Of a DNA stretch of 64,000 nt, positions 11,952-26,900 are shown one piece after another. Below the pieces are notes generated by a model, which was given only the letters and a program-made list of their open reading frames with translations, did no database searches and had not been told where the DNA came from. The stretch lies in NCBI RefSeq assembly GCF_964355755.1, contig NC_092677.1:5106101-5170100 (forward strand), in the 5' to 3' direction. This stretch comes from Antedon mediterranea (Eukaryota > Animalia > Echinodermata). A program made the position numbers and the translations under genes. Each line of letters starts with the position of its first letter. Position 1 is the first letter of the stretch.

Positions 11952-14900
11952 CTATTAAACAAAAAAAAGAGACAATGCCATTTTTAATGCAAATTATAAA
12001 AATAAACATAACATTCCCCTATACTTTCACACAAAGACTAAAGAGGACTTTTTTATACAATTATTAAACAATCAATGTTTTAAACAAAATGGTTTTAATA
12101 TTGTTAATTCCATAATAATAACAATAATTTTATATAATACAAATAAATTGGTACTATTGGCTGTGGTATGAACCAAGATGCCTAGAAGATAACACTTGTG
12201 ATCTCAGAGTAAGATATTTACAATAGTTAAACTGGCTTCAAATCCTCAATGTCATAACGGAGGCTGACATAACCTTTCCGACCAGATATTTTGTCAGTTT
12301 TTGTTATGTACTGAAACACTACTATGTTTGTACCAATTTTGGTCCATGGGTGAAATGTGGTGAAATAACCCGTTTTTGGGGGGTTTTCAAGGGGTCGGGA
12401 GGCTAGACTCAACCCCGGGGTCAGACTGACAAACCTTTTTGGAACGTTTTCAGTGATATTACAAAATTAAGGGGTCAAAACTTCTGGGTGGAATAGGGTG
12501 AAATCATTTCATTTCACTTTACTAATAACTTAGTCTATTAATGAAAGCATAGCTTATAATGAATAGACTCCTCAAAACAAAAATATAAATAATATTACAA
12601 AATTAGGAACTCCAAACACAACAACAGACTTCATATAATAATGAAGATTTTTTTTTAATGCTAACATGTTTTCTCTAACACATAATTTAAGTATAGATTA
12701 TATAAATTATTTAAGATGAATCCAAATATATCAATAATAAAAGAAATTACAAATAACCTTCAACCAATAATAGTTTAAATTGACATTTAAATAAAGAACA
12801 GTTATGTGATTTTTTTAAGAACATTAAGTCTTCAATTTTTAAAATTTTATTTTTTATGTTTATAGGCTCTCAGACGTTCTATAGTAGCTAGATCAACTTT
12901 CGTATGCACTTTGAGGTCCAGAGAATTTGACTTCAGACATTAGTTTAGGGTTGTCAAGCAATCATTTTTAGCTTGGTTACACATTTTGAAAATGTGGTGA
13001 AAGGTCAAAAGGTCAGGGTGAAAGGTTATAAGTTCAAACACAAATATGTCCTTAAATCTCGAAAACCACTGATCACAGTGAGGTAATTTTGGTCTCAAAT
13101 TGATCAGAAGGTATACATTCATATTCAGTGTAATGTGGCATTTTAGTCAAAAATGATCAGAAATGTCATTTCTGACCTTTGACCCACATACCAGGGCATC
13201 TTCATACTGTATCTCTGTAAGTACTGGTCGTAGAAACTTAAATTTGGTATCAAATTGTTCGAAATATACATATTTACATTTTTAATAGAACATTGGTTCA
13301 AAGATGACCGGAAATACTATTTTTAATGTTTCAAACAAAAAACATATCTCTCCACAACTTATCCTATAGACATTCATTAATCTGGTCTAGTGTCTTGAGC
13401 CCAGTCTTGAGCCCAGTCTTGAGTAATTGGGGAAGACATTTTTAGGATTGAATAGAAAGATTTTGAAACATTGCTGTCACTAAATGTTATAATAATAATA
13501 GTTCATTATTATATAGCGCATAAACAAGCACTCAATGCGCTGAACATTATTACCGCGGTCATTTTTTGGATCAAACATACTCCCATAGTGCAGCTAGTAA
13601 TCAGTGCAAAGTTGTGTCTTGATCTAACCCAGTACCCATTTTATACACCTGGGTGTGTCTTGTCTAAGGATACAAGCAATGCGGCGAGAGTTGGATTCGA
13701 ACCACAATCTCATTATCAGTAATCCAAAGTCCAACACACTGCGCCACACGTAGAGTGTTCCTATATTGTATAGTACGTGCACAGTACTAAACAAAATTTA
13801 GATTATCATATTTATTGTTCATAAGGGTTTTTAAGTGGGATGGGGAGGGGATGTTTATTTGATACCCACTATCAAAATGTGATAAAATTGTATCAAAATG
13901 CTTGGTAAATTGTAGATTATGGCAGTCAATGAAGTGTGTTGTGAATGTGATACAATATTGTGTAAATGTGCATGAGGCAGGGAATTTATTTGAGGAAGTT
14001 TAAATCGAGGGGGGCTTATTCGAATAAATATGTAGGTGACATTCAAAAATATTATGCAACAGTGTCATATGGAATGATGATTCATGTAAACAATGTAGTG
14101 GTATATTGTAGTTGTCTTGGATACCTTTTATATCAAGTATCAAGTATGACATGTTTTTGTGGAGGTATGTTGTTCTGTAATGATATTTCCAGTCATCTTT
14201 TAACTAAGGTTCTTAGATTAAATGTAAATATGTATATTTTAAACAATTTGAGACTAATTTCAAGTTCTTACGACAAGCTTGTTTGTGGGTGGGGGCTCGC
14301 TGTAGATTAAGGGGGGGGGGGGGAGATTTGCTGTGAAAGTGGGGTTCGTCTGACCATAACATCCCCCCCACCCACTGACTACGGCCTGCGTCTATCAAAC
14401 ACCATGTGACCCACATTCGTCTTATCGAATAACAAGAATCTATTTAGGTGCGTTATAATATTTTATTACTGGACCTTTTAGTTAAATGGATTTATTACTG
14501 CAATAACAGCTTTTTTCCCTGAAGACATCTTGCTTCTACATCACTCCGTAGCGAGAAAAACATGTATTTAATTCTAAGTAAAATCACAGAGCTGTACCTC
14601 ACTGTTTAAGGATATCTGATTGGGTAGTTACTGTTGTTATTCGAGGTAGGGGGCATTTATTTAAAATGATGTTCTATGGGCAGAGTTTATTCAAGGGGCG
14701 TGTTTATTCAAAGCGGGGAATTTATTCAAACAAATATGGTACATTAGGATGACTACAAATCACTATAATATATATAACAATCAGGATGAGTTTATAAATG
14801 GAAATTACCAACAATTAATACGTGATCATCTTTAAGCCAATCTCCTTTAGACGAATTGTAAATAAAATGTAAACATTACCTTTCTTAACTGTTAGCTGTG

Positions 14901-17900
14901 TAGTATCTTTCAGTATTTGTTCTAAATCAACTGGTGTAATTTCACATTGATACTTGCCAGCATCACCAAGTACAACATCATTTATCTTCAAAGACAGAAT
15001 GCTATTTTGATTACATGTTACTTCAAATCTAGAATCTTTGGAACAATCCTTAATCTCTGTTGTGCCATCTTCCCTAATCTTCTTCCACTTGTAACCTTTT
15101 AATGACATATCTGATGGTCCATATCTGCACTTCATTTCAACATGAATACCTTCTTCTGTTGAGTACTCAGGATTTTCCATCTTAATCCCTTCAAACATAT
15201 AAATTTACATATTTTGAATTCACAAATTTTGATAGAATTTGCTTCTTAAAAATGTTAATCTTACTTTTTAAAATAACGATTGTTATTTAGATTTTGTATT
15301 GGGCCATTAACTTTTAAAATTATGAATAAAACATAAAAATTACATTTTCCAACTATCAGCTCTGTAGTATCTTTCAGTATGTTTTCTCCATCAACACATT
15401 GATACTTGCCAGCATCACCAAGTAAAACATTCTTTATCTTCAAATACAGAATGTTATTTTGGTTACATGTTACTTCAAATCTAGAATCTTTGGAACAATC
15501 CTCAATCTCTGTTGTGCCATCTTCCATAATCTTCTTCCACTTTAATGGCATATATGGGCCATATCTGCACTTCATTTCAAAATTACTGATACCACCTTCT
15601 GCTGAGTACACTGGCTGTTCCATCTTAATCCCTTCAAACAAATAAATTTACATATTTTGAATTCACAAATTTGTATAGAATTTGCTTCTTAAAAATGTTA
15701 ATCTTAATTTTTTTTAAGTAAAGATTGTCATTTAGATTTTGAATTCACAAATTTTTATAGAATTTGCTTCTTAAAAATGTTAATCTTACATTTGATAAAG
15801 ATTGTCATTTAGATGTTGAATTGGGCCAATAACTTTTAAAATTATAAATAAAATAAAAATTACATCTTTTAACTGTCAGCTGTGTAGTATCTTTCAGTAT
15901 TTGTTCTCCATCAACTAGCGTAACTTCACATTGATACTTGCCAGCATCACCAAGTAAAACATTATTTATCGTCAAAGACAGAATGTTGTGTTCTTGGCTT
16001 GTTGGGCCTAATTCAAATCTAGAACCTTTGTCACATTCCTCTGTTGTGCCATCTTTCTTAATCTTCTTCCACTTGTAACCTTTTAATGGCATATCTGATG
16101 GTCCATATCTGCACTCCATTTTAACATTACCGATACCATGGTATATTGAGTAGTTAGGCTTTTCCATCTTAATCCCTTCAAACATATAAATTTACATCTT
16201 TTGAATTACACAATTGATAGAATTTGTTTCTTAAATATATTAATCTTTCTTTTTTTAAAGTAAAGATTGTCATAGATGTTGAATTGGCCCATTAACTTTT
16301 AAAATTATAAATAAAATAAAAATTACATCTTTTAACTGTCAGTAGTGTAGTATCTTGCTTTTTAAAAATGTTAATCTTACCTTTTAAAATAACAATTGTT
16401 ATTTAGATTTTGTATTGGGCCATTAACTTTTTATTATGATAAATAAAATAAAAATTACATTTTTTAACTGTCAGTTGTGTAGTATCTTTCAGTATTTGTT
16501 CTCCTTCAACTGGCTTCACTTCACATTGATACTTGCCAGCATCTTTAAGTTTAACATTCTTTATCTTCAAAGACAGAATGCTATTTTGATTACATGTTAC
16601 TTCAAATCTAGAATCTTTGGAACAATCCTCAATCTCTGTTGTGCCATTTTCCCTAATCTTCTTCCACTTTAATGGCATATATGGGCCATATCTGCACTTC
16701 ATTTCAAAATTACTGATACCACCTTCTGCTGAGTACACTGGCTGTTCCATCTTAATCCCTTCAAACAAATAAATTTACATATTTTGAATTCACAAATTTG
16801 TATAGAATTTGCTTCTTAAAAATGTTAATCTTAATTTTTTTAAAGTAAAGATTGTCATTTAGATTTTGAATTCACAAATTTTTATAGAATTTGCTTCTTA
16901 AAAATGTTAATCTTACTTTTGATAAAGATTGTCATTTAGATCTTGAATTGGGCCAATAACTTTTAAAATTATAAATAAAATAAAAATTACATCTTTTAAC
17001 TGTCAGTTGTGTAGTATCTTTCAGTATTTGTTCTCCATCAACTAGCGTAACTTCACATTGATACTTGCCAGCATCACCAAGTAGAACATTATTTATCGTC
17101 AAAGACAGAATGTTGTGTTCTTGGCTTGTTGGGCCTAATTCAAATCTAGAACCTTTGTCACATTCCTCTGTTGTGCCATCTTTCTTAATCTTCTTCCACT
17201 TGTAACTTTTTAATGGCATATCTGATGGTCCATATCTGCACTCCATTTTAACATTACCGATACCATGGTATATTGAGTAGTTAGGCTTTTCCATCTTAAT
17301 CCCTTCAAACATATAAATTTACATCTTTTGAATTACACAATTGATAGAATTTGTTTCTTAAATATATTAATCTTTCTTTTTTTAAAGTAAAGATTGTCAT
17401 AGATGTTGAATTGGCCCATTAACTTTTAAAATTATAAATAAAATAAAAATTACATCTTTTAACTGTCAGTTGTGTAGTATCTTGCTTTTTAAAAATGTTA
17501 ATCTTTCCTTTTAAAATAACAATTGTTATTTAGATTTTGTATTGGGCCATTAACTTTTTATTATGATAAATAAAATAAAAATTACATTTTTTAACTGTCA
17601 GTTGTGTAGTATCTTTCAGTATTTGTTCTCCTTCAACTGGCTTCACTTCACATTGATACTTGCCAGCATCTTTAAGTTTAACATTCTTTATCTTCAAAGA
17701 CAGAATGCTATTTTGATTACATGTTACTTCAAATCTAGAATCTTTGGAACAATCCTCAATCTCTGTTGTGCCATTTTCCCTAATCTTCTTCCACTTGTAA
17801 CCTTTTAATGGCATATATGGGCCATATCTGCACTTCATTTTAACATTACTGATTCCTTCTTCTGTTGAGTACTCAGGATGTTCCATCTTAATCCCTTGAA

Positions 17901-20900
17901 ACATATAAATTTACATATTTTGAATTACACAATTGATAGAATAATTTGCTTTTTAAAATGTTAATCTTACATTTGATAAAGATTGTCATTTAGATGTTGA
18001 ATTGGGCCAATAACTTTTAAAATTATAAATAAAATAAAAAATACATCTTTTAACTGTCAGCTGTGTAGTATCTTTCAGTATTTGTTCTCCATCAACTAGC
18101 GTAACTTCACATTGATACTTGCCAGCATCACCAAGTATAACATTCTTTATCGTCAAAGACAGAATGTTGTGTTCTTGGCTTGTTGGGCCTAATTCAAATC
18201 TAGAACCTTTGTCACATTCCTCTGTTGTGCCATCTTTCTTAATCTTCTTCCACTTGTAACCTTTTAATGGCATATCTGATGGTCCATATCTGCACTCCAT
18301 TTTAACATTACCGATACCATGGTATATTGAGTAGTTAGGCTTTTCCATCTTAATCCCTTCAAACATATAAATTTACATCTTTTGAATTACACAATTGATA
18401 GAATTTGTTTCTTAAATATATTAATCTTTCTTTTTTTAAAGTAAAGATTGTCATAGATGTTGAATTGGCCCATTAACTTTTAAAATTATAAATAAAATAA
18501 AAATTACATCTTTTAACTGTCAGTTGTGTAGTATCTTGCTTTTTAAAAATGTTAATCTTACCTTTTAAAATAGCAATTGTTATTTAGATTTTGTATTGGG
18601 CCATTAACTTTTTATTATGATAAATAAAATAAAAATTACATTTTTTAACTGTCAGTTGTGTAGTATCTTTCAGTATTTGTTCTCCTTCAACTGGCTTCAC
18701 TTCACATTGATACTTGCCAGCATCTTTAAGTTTAACATTCTTTATCTTCAAAGACAGAATGCTATTTTGATTACATGTTACTTCAAATCTAGAATCTTTG
18801 GAACAATCCTCAATCTCTGTTGTGCCATTTTCCCTAATCTTCTTCCACTTGTAACCTTTTAATGGCATATATGGGCCATATCTGCACTTCATTTTAACAT
18901 TACTGATTCCTTCTTCTGTTGAGTACTCAGGATGTTCCATCTTAATCCCTTGAAACATATAAATTTACATATTTTGAATTACACAATTGATAGAATAATT
19001 TGCTTTTTAAAAATGTTAATCTTACATTTGATAAAGATTGTCATTTAGATCTTGAATTGGGCCAATAACTTTTAAAATTATAAATAAAATAAAAATTACA
19101 TCTTTTAACTGTCAGCTGTGTAGCATCTTTCAGTATTTGTTCTCCATCAACTAGCGTAACTTCACATTGATACTTGCCAGCATCACCAAGTAAAACATTA
19201 TTTATCGTCAAAGACAGAATGTTGTGTTCTTGGCTTGTTGGGCCTAATTCAAATCTAGAACCTTTGTCACATTCCTCTGTTGTGCCATCTTTCTTAATCT
19301 TCTTCCACTTGTAACCTTTTAATGGCATATCTGATGGTCCATATCTGCACTCCATTTTAACATTACCGATACCATGGTATATTGAGTAGTTAGGCTTTTC
19401 CATCTTAATCCCTTCAAACATATAAATTTACATCTTTTGAATTACACAATTGATAGAATTTGTTTCTTAAATATATTAATCTTTCTTTTTTTAAAGTAAA
19501 GATTGTCATAGATGTTGAATTGGCCCATTAACTTTTAAAATTATAAATAAAATAAAAATTACATCTTTTAACTGTCAGTAGTGTAGTATCTTGCTTTTTA
19601 AAAATGTTAATCTTACCTTTTAAAATAACAATTGTTATTTAGATTTTGTATTGGGCCATTAACTTTTTATTATGATAAATAAAATAAAAATTACATTTTT
19701 TAACTGTCAGTTGTGTAGTATCTTTCAGTATTTGTTCTCCTTCAACTGGCTTCACTTCACATTGATACTTGCCAGCATCTTTAAGTTTAACATTCTTTAT
19801 CTTCAAAGACAGAATGCTATTTTGATTACATGTTACTTCAAATCTAGAATCTTTGGAACAATCCTCAATCTCTGTTGTGCCATTTTCCCTAATCTTCTTC
19901 CACTTTAATGGCATATATGGGCCATATCTGCACTTCATTTCAAAATTACTGATACCACCTTCTGCTGAGTACACTGGCTGTTCCATCTTAATCCCTTCAA
20001 ACAAATAAATTTACATATTTTGAATTCACAAATTTGTATAGAATTTGCTTCTTAAAAATGTTAATCTTAATTTTTTTAAAGTAAAGATTGTCATTTAGAT
20101 TTTGAATTCACAAATTTTTATAGAATTTGCTTCTTAAAAATGTTAATCTTACTTTTGATAAAGATTGTCATTTAGATCTTGAATTGGGCCAATAACTTTT
20201 AAAATTATAAATAAAATAAAAATTACATCTTTTAACTGTCAGTTGTGTAGTATCTTTCAGTATTTGTTCTCCATCAACTAGCGTAACTTCACATTGATAC
20301 TTGCCAGCATCACCAAGTAGAACATTATTTATCGTCAAAGACAGAATGTTGTGTTCTTGGCTTGTTGGGCCTAATTCAAATCTAGAACCTTTGTCACATT
20401 CCTCTGTTGTGCCATCTTTCTTAATCTTCTTCCACTTGTAACCTTTTAATGGCATATCTGATGGTCCATATCTGCACTCCATTTTAACATTACCGATACC
20501 ATGGTATATTGAGTAGTTAGGCTTTTCCATCTTAATCCCTTCAAACATATAAATTTACATCTTTTGAATTACACAATTGATAGAATTTGTTTCTTAAATA
20601 TATTAATCTTTCTTTTTTTAAAGTAAAGATTGTCATAGATGTTGAATTGGCCCATTAACTTTTAAAATTATAAATAAAATAAAAATTACATCTTTTAACT
20701 GTCAGTTGTGTAGTATCTTGCTTTTTAAAAATGTTAATCTTTCCTTTTAAAATAACAATTGTTATTTAGATTTTGTATTGGGCCATTAACTTTTTATTAT
20801 GATAAATAAAATAAAAATTACATTTTTTAACTGTCAGTTGTGTAGTATCTTTCAGTATTTGTTCTCCTTCAACTGGCTTCACTTCACATTGATACTTGCC

Positions 20901-23900
20901 AGCATCTTTAAGTTTAACATTCTTTATCTTCAAAGACAGAATGCTATTTTGATTACATGTTACTTCAAATCTAGAATCTTTGGAACAATCCTCAATCTCT
21001 GTTGTGCCATTTTCCCTAATCTTCTTCCACTTGTAACCTTTTAATGGCATATATGGGCCATATCTGCACTTCATTTTAACATTACTGATTCCTTCTTCTG
21101 TTGAGTACTCAGGATGTTCCATCTTAATCCCTTGAAACATATAAATTTACATATTTTGAATTACACAATTGATAGAATAATTTGCTTTTTAAAATGTTAA
21201 TCTTACATTTGATAAAGATTGTCATTTAGATGTTGAATTGGGCCAATAACTTTTAAAATTATAAATAAAATAAAAAATACATCTTTTAACTGTCAGCTGT
21301 GTAGTATCTTTCAGTATTTGTTCTCCATCAACTAGCGTAACTTCACATTGATACTTGCCAGCATCACCAAGTATAACATTCTTTATCGTCAAAGACAGAA
21401 TGTTGTGTTCTTGGCTTGTTGGGCCTAATTCAAATCTAGAACCTTTGTCACATTCCTCTGTTGTGCCATCTTTCTTAATCTTCTTCCACTTGTAACCTTT
21501 TAATGGCATATCTGATGGTCCATATCTGCACTCCATTTTAACATTACCGATACCATGGTATATTGAGTAGTTAGGCTTTTCCATCTTAATCCCTTCAAAC
21601 ATATAAATTTACATCTTTTGAATTACACAATTGATAGAATTTGTTTCTTAAATATATTAATCTTTCTTTTTTTAAAGTAAAGATTGTCATAGATGTTGAA
21701 TTGGCCCATTAACTTTTAAAATTATAAATAAAATAAAAATTACATCTTTTAACTGTCAGTTGTGTAGTATCTTGCTTTTTAAAAATGTTAATCTTACCTT
21801 TTAAAATAGCAATTGTTATTTAGATTTTGTATTGGGCCATTAACTTTTTATTATGATAAATAAAATAAAAATTACATTTTTTAACTGTCAGTTGTGTAGT
21901 ATCTTTCAGTATTTGTTCTCCTTCAACTGGCTTCACTTCACATTGATACTTGCCAGCATCTTTAAGTTTAACATTCTTTATCTTCAAAGACAGAATGCTA
22001 TTTTGATTACATGTTACTTCAAATCTAGAATCTTTGGAACAATCCTCAATCTCTGTTGTGCCATTTTCCCTAATCTTCTTCCACTTGTAACCTTTTAATG
22101 GCATATATGGGCCATATCTGCACTTCATTTTAACATTACTGATTCCTTCTTCTGTTGAGTACTCAGGATGTTCCATCTTAATCCCTTGAAACATATAAAT
22201 TTACATATTTTGAATTACACAATTGATAGAATAATTTGCTTTTTAAAAATGTTAATCTTACATTTGATAAAGATTGTCATTTAGATCTTGAATTGGGCCA
22301 ATAACTTTTAAAATTATAAATAAAATAAAAATTACATCTTTTAACTGTCAGCTGTGTAGCATCTTTCAGTATTTGTTCTCCATCAACTAGCGTAACTTCA
22401 CATTGATACTTGCCAGCATCACCAAGTAAAACATTATTTATCGTCAAAGACAGAATGTTGTGTTCTTGGCTTGTTGGGCCTAATTCAAATCTAGAACCTT
22501 TGTCACATTCCTCTGTTGTGCCATCTTTCTTAATCTTCTTCCACTTGTAACCTTTTAATGGCATATCTGATGGTCCATATCTGCACTCCATTTTAACATT
22601 ACCGATACCATGGTATATTGAGTAGTTAGGCTTTTCCATCTTAATCCCTTCAAACATATAAATTTACATCTTTTGAATTACACAATTGATAGAATTTGTT
22701 TCTTAAATATATTAATCTTTCTTTTTTTAAAGTAAAGATTGTCATAGATGTTGAATTGGCCCATTAACTTTTAAAATTATAAATAAAATAAAAATTACAT
22801 CTTTTAACTGTCAGTAGTGTAGTATCTTGCTTTTTAAAAATGTTAATCTTACCTTTTAAAATAACAATTGTTATTTAGATTTTGTATTGGGCCATTAACT
22901 TTTTATTATGATAAATAAAATAAAAATTACATTTTTTAACTGTCAGTTGTGTAGTATCTTTCAGTATTTGTTCTCCTTCAACTGGCTTCACTTCACATTG
23001 ATACTTGCCAGCATCTTTAAGTTTAACATTCTTTATCTTCAAAGACAGAATGCTATTTTGATTACATGTTACTTCAAATCTAGAATCTTTGGAACAATCC
23101 TCAATCTCTGTTGTGCCATTTTCCCTAATCTTCTTCCACTTTAATGGCATATATGGGCCATATCTGCACTTCATTTCAAAATTACTGATACCACCTTCTG
23201 CTGAGTACACTGGCTGTTCCATCTTAATCCCTTCAAACAAATAAATTTACATATTTTGAATTCACAAATTTGTATAGAATTTGCTTCTTAAAAATGTTAA
23301 TCTTAATTTTTTTAAAGTAAAGATTGTCATTTAGATTTTGAATTCACAAATTTTTATAGAATTTGCTTCTTAAAAATGTTAATCTTACTTTTGATAAAGA
23401 TTGTCATTTAGATCTTGAATTGGGCCAATAACTTTTAAAATTATAAATAAAATAAAAATTACATCTTTTAACTGTCAGTTGTGTAGTATCTTTCAGTATT
23501 TGTTCTCCATCAACTAGCGTAACTTCACATTGATACTTGCCAGCATCACCAAGTAGAACATTATTTATCGTCAAAGACAGAATGTTGTGTTCTTGGCTTG
23601 TTGGGCCTAATTCAAATCTAGAACCTTTGTCACATTCCTCTGTTGTGCCATCTTTCTTAATCTTCTTCCACTTGTAACCTTTTAATGGCATATCTGATGG
23701 TCCATATCTGCACTCCATTTTAACATTACCGATACCATGGTATATTGAGTAGTTAGGCTTTTCCATCTTAATCCCTTCAAACATATAAATTTACATCTTT
23801 TGAATTACACAATTGATAGAATTTGTTTCTTAAATATATTAATCTTTCTTTTTTTAAAGTAAAGATTGTCATAGATGTTGAATTGGCCCATTAACTTTTA

Positions 23901-26900
23901 AAATTATAAATAAAATAAAAATTACATCTTTTAACTGTCAGTTGTGTAGTATCTTGCTTTTTAAAAATGTTAATCTTTCCTTTTAAAATAACAATTGTTA
24001 TTTAGATTTTGTATTGGGCCATTAACTTTTTATTATGATAAATAAAATAAAAATTACATTTTTTAACTGTCAGTTGTGTAGTATCTTTCAGTATTTGTTC
24101 TCCTTCAACTGGCTTCACTTCACATTGATACTTGCCAGCATCTTTAAGTTTAACATTCTTTATCTTCAAAGACAGAATGCTATTTTGATTACATGTTACT
24201 TCAAATCTAGAATCTTTGGAACAATCCTCAATCTCTGTTGTGCCATTTTCCCTAATCTTCTTCCACTTGTAACCTTTTAATGGCATATATGGGCCATATC
24301 TGCACTTCATTTTAACATTACTGATTCCTTCTTCTGTTGAGTACTCAGGATGTTCCATCTTAATCCCTTAAAACATATAAATTTACATATTTTGAATTAC
24401 ACAATTGATAGAATAATTTGCTTTTTAAAATGTTAATCTTACATTTGATAAAGATTGTCATTTAGATGTTGAATTGGGCCAATAACTTTTAAAATTATAA
24501 ATAAAATAAAAAATACATCTTTTAACTGTCAGCTGTGTAGTATCTTTCAGTATTTGTTCTCCATCAACTAGCGTAACTTCACATTGATACTTGCCAGCAT
24601 CACCAAGTATAACATTCTTTATCGTCAAAGACAGAATGTTGTGTTCTTGGCTTGTTGGGCCTAATTCAAATCTAGAACCTTTGTCACATTCCTCTGTTGT
24701 GCCATCTTTCTTAATCTTCTTCCACTTGTAACCTTTTAATGGCATATCTGATGGTCCATATCTGCACTCCATTTTAACATTACCGATACCATGGTATATT
24801 GAGTAGTTAGGCTTTTCCATCTTAATCCCTTCAAACATATAAATTTACATCTTTTGAATTACACAATTGATAGAATTTGTTTCTTAAATATATTAATCTT
24901 TCTTTTTTTAAAGTAAAGATTGTCATAGATGTTGAATTGGCCCATTAACTTTTAAAATTATAAATAAAATAAAAATTACATCTTTTAACTGTCAGTTGTG
25001 TAGTATCTTGCTTTTTAAAAATGTTAATCTTACCTTTTAAAATAGCAATTGTTATTTAGATTTTGTATTGGGCCATTAACTTTTTATTATGATAAATAAA
25101 ATAAAAATTACATTTTTTAACTGTCAGTTGTGTAGTATCTTTCAGTATTTGTTCTCCTTCAACTGGCTTCACTTCACATTGATACTTGCCAGCATCTTTA
25201 AGTTTAACATTCTTTATCTTCAAAGACAGAATGCTATTTTGATTACATGTTACTTCAAATCTAGAATCTTTGGAACAATCCTCAATCTCTGTTGTGCCAT
25301 TTTCCCTAATCTTCTTCCACTTGTAACCTTTTAATGGCATATATGGGCCATATCTGCACTTCATTTTAACATTACTGATTCCTTCTTCTGTTGAGTACTC
25401 AGGATGTTCCATCTTAATCCCTTGAAACATATAAATTTACATATTTTGAATTACACAATTGATAGAATAATTTGCTTTTTAAAAATGTTAATCTTACATT
25501 TGATAAAGATTGTCATTTAGATCTTGAATTGGGCCAATAACTTTTAAAATTATAAATAAAATAAAAATTACATCTTTTAACTGTCAGCTGTGTAGCATCT
25601 TTCAGTATTTGTTCTCCATCAACTAGCGTAACTTCACATTGATACTTGCCAGCATCACCAAGTAAAACATTATTTATCGTCAAAGACAGAATGTTGTGTT
25701 CTTGGCTTGTTGGGCCTAATTCAAATCTAGAACCTTTGTCACATTCCTCTGTTGTGCCATCTTTCTTAATCTTCTTCCACTTGTAACCTTTTAATGGCAT
25801 ATCTGATGGTCCATATCTGCACTCCATTTTAACATTACCGATACCATGGTATATTGAGTAGTTAGGCTTTTCCATCTTAATCCCTTCAAACATATAAATT
25901 TACATCTTTTGAATTACACAATTGATAGAATTTGTTTCTTAAATATATTAATCTTTCTTTTTTTAAAGTAAAGATTGTCATAGATGTTGAATTGGCCCAT
26001 TAACTTTTAAAATTATAAATAAAATAAAAATTACATCTTTTAACTGTCAGTTGTGTAGTATCTTGCTTTTTAAAAATGTTAGTCTTACCTTTTTAAATAA
26101 CAATTGTTATTTAGATTTTGTATTGGGCTATTAACTTTTTATTATGATAAATAAAATAAAAATTACATTTTTTAACTGTCAGTTGTGTAGTATCTTTCAG
26201 TATTTGTTCTCCTTCAACTGGCTTCACTTCACATTGATACTTGCCAGCATCTTTAAGTTTAACATTCTTTATCTTCAAAGACAGAATGCTATTTTGATTA
26301 CATGTTACTTCAAATCTAGAATCTTTGGAACAATCCTCAATCTCTGTTGTGCCATCTTCCATAATCTTCTTCCACTTTAATGGCATATATGGGCCATATC
26401 TGCACTTCATTTCAAAATTACTGATACCACCTTCTGCTGAGTACACTGGCTGTTCCATCTTAATCCCTTCAAACAAATAAATTTACATATTTTGAATTCA
26501 CAAATTTGTATAGAATTTGCTTCTTAAAAATGTTAATCTTAATTTTTTTTAAGTAAAGATTGTCATTTAGATTTTGAATTCACAAATTTTTATAGAATTT
26601 GCTTCTTAAAAATGTTAATCTTACATTTGATAAAGATTGTCATTTAGATGTTGAATTGGGCCAATAACTTTTAAAATTATAAATAAAATAAAAATTACAT
26701 CTTTTAACTGTCAGCTGTGTAGTATCTTTCAGTATTTGTTCTCCATCAACTAGCGTAACTTCACATTGATACTTGCCAGCATCACCAAGTAAAACATTAT
26801 TTATCGTCAAAGACAGAATGTTGTGTTCTTGGCTTGTTGGGCCTAATTCAAATCTAGAACCTTTGTCACATTCCTCTGTTGTGCCATCTTTCTTAATCTT

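Noticed and set aside
13680-13750. tRNA genes (also ~51770-51848 and ~55940-56003)
   Set aside because: Only A/B-box-like heads inside repeats, with no complete cloverleaf.
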